Source: a bacterium
GTDB taxonomy: Bacteria > Myxococcota_A > Bradymonadia > REDH01
Direction: 5' to 3'
DNA: 64,000 nt
NCBI GenBank assembly: GCA_030427825.1
Contig: JAUICO010000002.1
Location: 25,634-89,633 of the forward strand
Both the position numbers and the translations under genes were made by a program. The notes below the pieces were generated by a model. It made no database searches and had not been told where the DNA came from. It saw only the letters and a list, made by a program, of their open reading frames with translations. Position 1 is the stretch's first letter; the number at the start of each line of letters is the position of its first letter. This document shows positions 58,746 through 64,000 of the stretch, in pieces.

Positions 58746-61700
58746 ATGGCAGCTCTCAACGCCATAACGCGCTCAACAGTTCTGTTTATTTCCCTCTCGA
58801 CGCTGTCACTGGCGATGCTTCCGGGGTGCGGAGGCTGTGGCGACGACGCCCCGGGTGAGACAACCTGTGAGCTGGCCTCGGATTGCGGGATCGGAAGCAG
58901 CTGCATCGATGGGATCTGCGTGGTGGCTGACGCCTCTGTGGATGCGGACACCGACGTGGAAGGAGACATCGAAACCGATACCGATATTGATGTCGTCGAT
59001 GATGAAGACATCCTTGATGAAGACACCGGGACCTGCGCGCCGGGCGCATACCAGTGCGACTGCGAGCTGGACATCGACTGCGACTCCGGCACCTGTATCT
59101 CGACGAGCATCGGCGACGTCTGTTCGCGCCCCTGCTCGGAAGATGCCGATTGCGCGGACCCCGACTGGGAATGCCGCCTCCTTCAGACTTCGGGCGGCGA
59201 TGTCGCAGAGCTCTGCGTTCCGGCCAGAACCGAACTCTGCAACCCCTGCGAGGTGGACATCGACTGCGACGGCTTCAACACGCTGTGTACGGTGCTCGGA
59301 GACGGAAGTTTCTGCACCACGGACTGCTCTGCGACAGCCACGTGTCCCGAAGGATTCTCCTGCGAGACGGTCAGCCGCGTAGAGGGCGGCGAGCCGGTCA
59401 ACTACCAGCAGTGTGAGCCGGTGCTTGGGATCTGCGGCGACTGCCTGGACGAGGACGGTGACGGATTCGGAACCGGCTCCGGCTGCGCCGGCCCGGACTG
59501 CGATGACACCCTCGATACGGTCTACGACGGAGCCCCCGAGATCTGCGACGGCTTCGACAACGACTGTGACAACAGCACAGATGAAGACTTTGTGCTGGAA
59601 ACGAGCCTCGTTCACTGTGGCACCTGCGGAAACGCCTGCGACGCCGCCGACGCCACCTCCGAGTGCGTCTCCGGCGCCTGTGCCATCGTCAGCTGCGCGG
59701 AGGGCCTCGGCGACTGCGACCTTGAGTATGCAAACGGATGCGAGTCGAACACGAACACAGACGCGCAGAACTGCGGTACCTGCGGCGAGGCCTGCGAATA
59801 TGCGAACGGCGTTGGCGCCTGCAACGCCGGGGCCTGCGAGCTGGCCGGGTGCACGCAGGGCTTCTCAGACTGCGACGGCGACCCGACGAACGGATGTGAG
59901 GTCGAATCTGCGAGCGACGACAACAACTGCGGCGGCTGCGGAAATGTATGCTCAGATGCCGGCGGCGAGACGGAATGCACCAACGGCGTATGTACACTGA
60001 CGAACTGCGACGAAGGCTTTGCAGACTGTGACGCGATCGCGTCCAACGGCTGTGAAGTCAGCACCGACGTCAACGCATTGAACTGCGGTGTCTGTGGAAA
60101 CATCTGTACCGCGGACAACGGCAACCCGGTGTGCGTGGACGGAATCTGCGGCGTCGACGATTGTGACAGCGGGTTCGCCGATTGTGACAGCGACCCTTCA
60201 AACGGTTGCGAAGCGGTGCTTGACTCAAGCATCGTCAACTGCGGCGCCTGTGCTCTTGCGTGTACCTACCCGAACGGCATCGCGACCTGCGAGCAGGGAA
60301 CCTGTGCGCTTGCGGGCTGCAACAACGGCTACGCCGACTGCGACGGTGACCCGACCAACGGCTGCGAAGTGAGCCTGACGGACGACGAGGACAACTGCTC
60401 CGCATGCGGCAGCGCGTGCTCGCAGAACAACGCGAACACGGAGTGCGTCAACGCCGAGTGCACGATCATGGACTGCAGCGGTGGCTACGCAGACTGCAAC
60501 TCGTTGGCTGTAGATGGCTGCGAGATTGAGACGGATTCAAACATCAACAACTGCGGCACCTGTCTGCAGGTGTGCACCGCCCCGAACGGCGTTCCGATCT
60601 GCGATGGAGGGACCTGCGAGATCGGTGCCTGCGACCCGGGTTTCGTGAACTGCGACGGCAACCTCGCGACCGGGTGCGAGACAAACGTTACCACCGAGCT
60701 CGCCAACTGCGGCGCCTGCGGTGCCGTGTGCGAGTTTGACAATGGTGTTCCCGCCTGCAACGCGGGTACCTGCGCGCTGGCGGCCTGCAACGTAGGCTTC
60801 GCGGACTGTGATGGTGACCCGACCAACGGCTGCGAGGTTGACCTCAACGCGGACACCGCCAATTGCGGCACCTGCGACACCGTGTGTGTTGAAACCAACG
60901 GCGTCGCTGCCTGCACCGCCGGCGTCTGCGAGATCACCGGCTGCGATGCAAACTTCGCCAACTGCGACGGCGTGGCGCAGAACGGCTGTGAAGTGAACCT
61001 GCTGTCCGACGTCGAGAACTGCGCCGCGTGCGATACGGAATGTGTCGGAGACGGAACCGGTGATCCGGCGTGCCTCAACGGCGTGTGTGGTTTGGACAAC
61101 TGCGACGACGGGCTTGCCGACTGCGACGGAGACGGAACCACCTGTGAGATCAACCTCACGACCGACGCGAACAACTGCGGTAGCTGCTCAAACGTGTGCA
61201 GCTACGCAAACGGCAGCGGCGCGTGTGTGGGTGGAAGCTGCGAGCTGGTCGCCTGCGACGCCGGCTTCGATGACTGCGATGCCGACCCGAGCAACGGCTG
61301 CGAGACCTCGCTGGAAAACAACAACTTTGCGTGCGGTGCCTGCGGTCAGAACTGCGACATCGAAAACGGATTCGCCCTCTGCAACGGGACCAGCTGCTCA
61401 CTGCTTGGCTGCGATTTCGGCTGGCAGGATTGCGATGGAAACATCGACAATGGCTGCGAGGTCAATGTACTCGACAGCGTCACCAGCTGTGGCGGCTGCG
61501 GCAATGTGTGCAATGTAGCGAACGCGAACGCCACCTGCGCCGGCGGCGTGTGCGGAGTCGGGAGCTGCTTCGCAGGGTTCGACGATTGCGACCTGCTGCC
61601 GACGAACGGTTGTGAAACGAACCTGTCGGAGAACGACACGAACTGCGGCGTGTGCGGAAACTCGTGCACCTACCCTCAGGGCGCAGGTGAGTGTCTGGAC

Positions 61701-64000
61701 GGCACATGCGCGCTTGTCGGCTGCGCGAGTGGCTTCGCCGACTGCAATGATGTGCCTTCGGACGGCTGCGAAGTTGCTCTTGCGGGCGACTTCTTCAACT
61801 GCGGCAGCTGCGGCAACGACTGCGACGTCTCACAGGCATCGGCAGTGTGTCAGGCGGGCAGCTGCGACATCACCTTCTGTGATTTCGGCTTCCAGGACTG
61901 CAACGGTGCCGTGAGCGACGGCTGCGAGGTCAGCATCCTCGACAGCGAGATCCACTGCGGCGGCTGCGACAACCTGTGTCAGGTAAACAACGGCGACTCA
62001 GTCTGCGACGGCGGAATCTGCGAGGTGGATGCGTGTGACGGCGGCTTCGCCGACTGCAACGACGAGTACGACGACGGCTGCGAGATCGATCTACTCAACA
62101 ATAACAACAACTGTGGTGCCTGCGGAGTCGCCTGCGTGTTCCCGAACGGGGTGGGCGAATGCAACAGCGGCACCTGCGAGCTGGTGGGATGTACCGGCGG
62201 GTTCGCGGACTGCGACGGTCTGGCAACCAATGGATGCGAGACCGATCTCAACAGCGACGAGACCGCTTGCGGCAGCTGTACGACGGCCTGTTCAACGAAC
62301 AACTCCACCCCCAGCTGCAGCGCCGGTGTTTGCGAGATAGACAGCTGCGACTCCAACTTTGCCGACTGCAACAATACGGCCGCTGACGGATGCGAGATCA
62401 ATCTGCTGAGCGACGTGGCGAACTGCAATGGCTGCGGCTCTGTATGTACGGTTCCCAGCGGCACGCCGGTGTGCATCGGCGGCATCTGCGACGTGGACAA
62501 CTGCACCAGTCCCTTCGGGGACTGTGACGGAAGCAGCGCCAACGGCTGCGAGATCAACCTCAGCAACGACGCCGCAAACTGCGGCAGCTGTGGCAGCGCC
62601 TGTACCTACGCAAACGGAATCGGCTCCTGCGCCGGCGGCACCTGCTCACTGGCGAGCTGTACCGGTGGATTCGCGGACTGTGACAGCAACCAGGCGAACG
62701 GCTGCGAAGTCGACACCACAACAAACTTCTTCAACTGCGGAGGCTGTGGATTGGACTGCGACCTCAGCAACGCAAGCTCAACGTGTAGCGCGGGAAACTG
62801 CGGAATCACATCCTGTGACTTCGGGTTCGAAGACTGTGATTCCAGCGCGTCCAACGGCTGTGAGCAGAATGTCGCATCGAACGTGAACAGCTGCGGCGGC
62901 TGCGACACTGTGTGTCAGGTCGACAACGGCGACCCTTCATGTAGCGCCGGCGTCTGTGACATCGGAAGCTGCGATTCCGGCTTCGAAGATTGCGATAGCG
63001 ACTATGGCACCGGCTGCGAGATCAACCTGCAGTCCGACGACGACAACTGTGGTGCGTGTGGCAACAGCTGCGACTTCAACAACGGCGTTGGAGCCTGTGT
63101 CGGCGGCTCCTGTGAGCTTGTAGGCTGCGCGCCGGGGTTCGGAGACTGCGACGGTGACGACACCAACGGCTGCGAGATCAATCTCAACAGCAACCCGGAC
63201 TTCTGCGGCACATGTACGTCGGCCTGCTCGGACAACAACGCGACGCCCATCTGCACCGTCGGTGTGTGTGGAATCGACAGCTGCGATACCGGCTGGGATG
63301 ATTGCAACGGTTCCGCAGCTGACGGCTGCGAAGTGAACCTGCAGGCGGACATCAACAACTGCGGCACGTGCAGTGCGCAGTGCTCCATCGCCGGCGGAGC
63401 CGCGGCCTGCATCAACGGCAGCTGCGGGATCAACGAGTGCGACACGGGCTTTGCGGACTGCGACGGCAACGCGGCAAACGGTTGCGAGACCAACCTGAAC
63501 ACCAGCCTCGACCACTGCGGCGCCTGCAACAATGACTGTGACTATGCAAACGGCGTCGCCAGCTGTGGTAGCGGTGTGTGTCAGCTCTCCGGGTGCAATA
63601 CCGGCTTCGCAAACTGCGACGGCAACGACATCAACGGCTGCGAGAACGACCTGTCAAACAACTTCCTGAACTGCGGAACCTGCGGCAACGAATGTGACCT
63701 CAACCACGCGAATGCAGTGTGCAGCGCGGGCGCGTGTCAGGTTACAGGTTGTGACCCCGGCTACTTCGACTGCAACGGCCAGTCGGGAGATGGTTGCGAG
63801 ATCAACCTTCGTGATGACGAAGTGAACTGCGGTACCTGCGGGACTGTGTGCGCTGTCGCCAACGGAAGTCCGACCTGCAACAACTTCACCTGCGAAGTGG
63901 ACACCTGCGGCATCGGCTTCGACGACTGTGACAATGACTACAGCAACGGCTGCGAATCTGTTCTCGCCACGGATGTTAACGATTGCGGCAGCTGCGGCAA
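58746..64000 (+). CDS. Second giant Cys-rich repeat protein, paralogous to 50709..56546; 3' end beyond the window (>1,750 aa)
   Basis: Not listed in the ORF track because no stop occurs in the window. I translated manually from the ATG at 58746. The translation shows a signal peptide with LPGC, an acidic linker, a Cys-rich head with a MopE-like motif (CLDEDGDGFGTGSGCAGPDCDDT…EICDGFDNDCD), then continuous 8-Cys modules (HCGTCGNAC…NGCE…) to the window edge. Confidence 0.8.
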   Translation, partial: MAALNAITRSTVLFISLSTLSLAMLPGCGGCGDDAPGETTCELASDCGIGSSCIDGICVVADASVDADTDVEGDIETDTDIDVVDDEDILDEDTGTCAPGAYQCDCELDIDCDSGTCISTSIGDVCSRPCSEDADCADPDWECRLLQTSGGDVAELCVPARTELCNPCEVDIDCDGFNTLCTVLGDGSFCTTDCSATATCPEGFSCETVSRVEGGEPVNYQQCEPVLGICGDCLDEDGDGFGTGSGCAGPDCDDTLDTVYDGAPEICDGFDNDCDNSTDEDFVLETSLVHCGTCGNACDAADATSECVSGACAIVSCAEGLGDCDLEYANGCESNTNTDAQNCGTCGEACEYANGVGACNAGACELAGCTQGFSDCDGDPTNGCEVESASDDNNCGGCGNVCSDAGGETECTNGVCTLTNCDEGFADCDAIASNGCEVSTDVNALNCGVCGNICTADNGNPVCVDGICGVDDCDSGFADCDSDPSNGCEAVLDSSIVNCGACALACTYPNGIATCEQGTCALAGCNNGYADCDGDPTNGCEVSLTDDEDNCSACGSACSQNNANTECVNAECTIMDCSGGYADCNSLAVDGCEIETDSNINNCGTCLQVCTAPNGVPICDGGTCEIGACDPGFVNCDGNLATGCETNVTTELANCGACGAVCEFDNGVPACNAGTCALAACNVGFADCDGDPTNGCEVDLNADTANCGTCDTVCVETNGVAACTAGVCEITGCDANFANCDGVAQNGCEVNLLSDVENCAACDTECVGDGTGDPACLNGVCGLDNCDDGLADCDGDGTTCEINLTTDANNCGSCSNVCSYANGSGACVGGSCELVACDAGFDDCDADPSNGCETSLENNNFACGACGQNCDIENGFALCNGTSCSLLGCDFGWQDCDGNIDNGCEVNVLDSVTSCGGCGNVCNVANANATCAGGVCGVGSCFAGFDDCDLLPTNGCETNLSENDTNCGVCGNSCTYPQGAGECLDGTCALVGCASGFADCNDVPSDGCEVALAGDFFNCGSCGNDCDVSQASAVCQAGSCDITFCDFGFQDCNGAVSDGCEVSILDSEIHCGGCDNLCQVNNGDSVCDGGICEVDACDGGFADCNDEYDDGCEIDLLNNNNNCGACGVACVFPNGVGECNSGTCELVGCTGGFADCDGLATNGCETDLNSDETACGSCTTACSTNNSTPSCSAGVCEIDSCDSNFADCNNTAADGCEINLLSDVANCNGCGSVCTVPSGTPVCIGGICDVDNCTSPFGDCDGSSANGCEINLSNDAANCGSCGSACTYANGIGSCAGGTCSLASCTGGFADCDSNQANGCEVDTTTNFFNCGGCGLDCDLSNASSTCSAGNCGITSCDFGFEDCDSSASNGCEQNVASNVNSCGGCDTVCQVDNGDPSCSAGVCDIGSCDSGFEDCDSDYGTGCEINLQSDDDNCGACGNSCDFNNGVGACVGGSCELVGCAPGFGDCDGDDTNGCEINLNSNPDFCGTCTSACSDNNATPICTVGVCGIDSCDTGWDDCNGSAADGCEVNLQADINNCGTCSAQCSIAGGAAACINGSCGINECDTGFADCDGNAANGCETNLNTSLDHCGACNNDCDYANGVASCGSGVCQLSGCNTGFANCDGNDINGCENDLSNNFLNCGTCGNECDLNHANAVCSAGACQVTGCDPGYFDCNGQSGDGCEINLRDDEVNCGTCGTVCAVANGSPTCNNFTCEVDTCGIGFDDCDNDYSNGCESVLATDVNDCGSCG

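Noticed and set aside
51881-63532. Many 100-330-aa minus-strand ORFs inside the giant genes, rich in Pro, Ser, Gln and Ala
   Set aside because: They are reverse complements of the Cys/Gly/Asn/Asp codon-rich repeat modules. The plus frame is a single uninterrupted ORF with a strongly periodic 8-Cys pattern, so the antisense frames are artefacts.

Overview
Very GC-rich (~70%) bacterial chromosomal window, gene-dense on both strands. I infer a Myxococcota-like deltaproteobacterium from the gene content: many lipoproteins, an FHA-domain sigma-54 activator, MopE-like metal-binding motifs, giant cysteine-rich repeat proteins and a MYXO-CTERM-like tail. This is not a database result. Most of the window is ordinary housekeeping and accessory genes. 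These include two TetR regulators with operator-like palindromes, a PhyH-dioxygenase/epimerase/CPBP/SDR operon, and a FadL-lipoprotein-BASS trio. Also present are a dynamin-like GTPase, a six-gene folK-TPR-radical SAM-metallophosphoesterase-membrane-M48 operon, ribA, RNase J, MTAP, a large B12-type radical SAM/DUF2344 fusion and aquaporin Z. The rest comprises an OMF-MFP-RND efflux operon, argS, and cysK-cysE behind an FHA/sigma-54 activator. The standout locus is the 3' end (about 50.7-64.0 kb). Two paralogous giant secreted or lipoprotein genes flank an FG-GAP-repeat lipoprotein, and they lie immediately downstream of cysK-cysE. The first is about 1,945 aa and complete; the second is over 1,750 aa and runs off the window. 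Each giant gene is built from more than 20 tandem 52-residue modules with 8 cysteines per module, plus a MopE-like module. The first also has a beta-helix-like region and a 300-residue poly-Gly tail. I found no rRNA, tRNA, CRISPR array, transposase or integrase. Many long antisense ORFs in the track are GC-frame artefacts.
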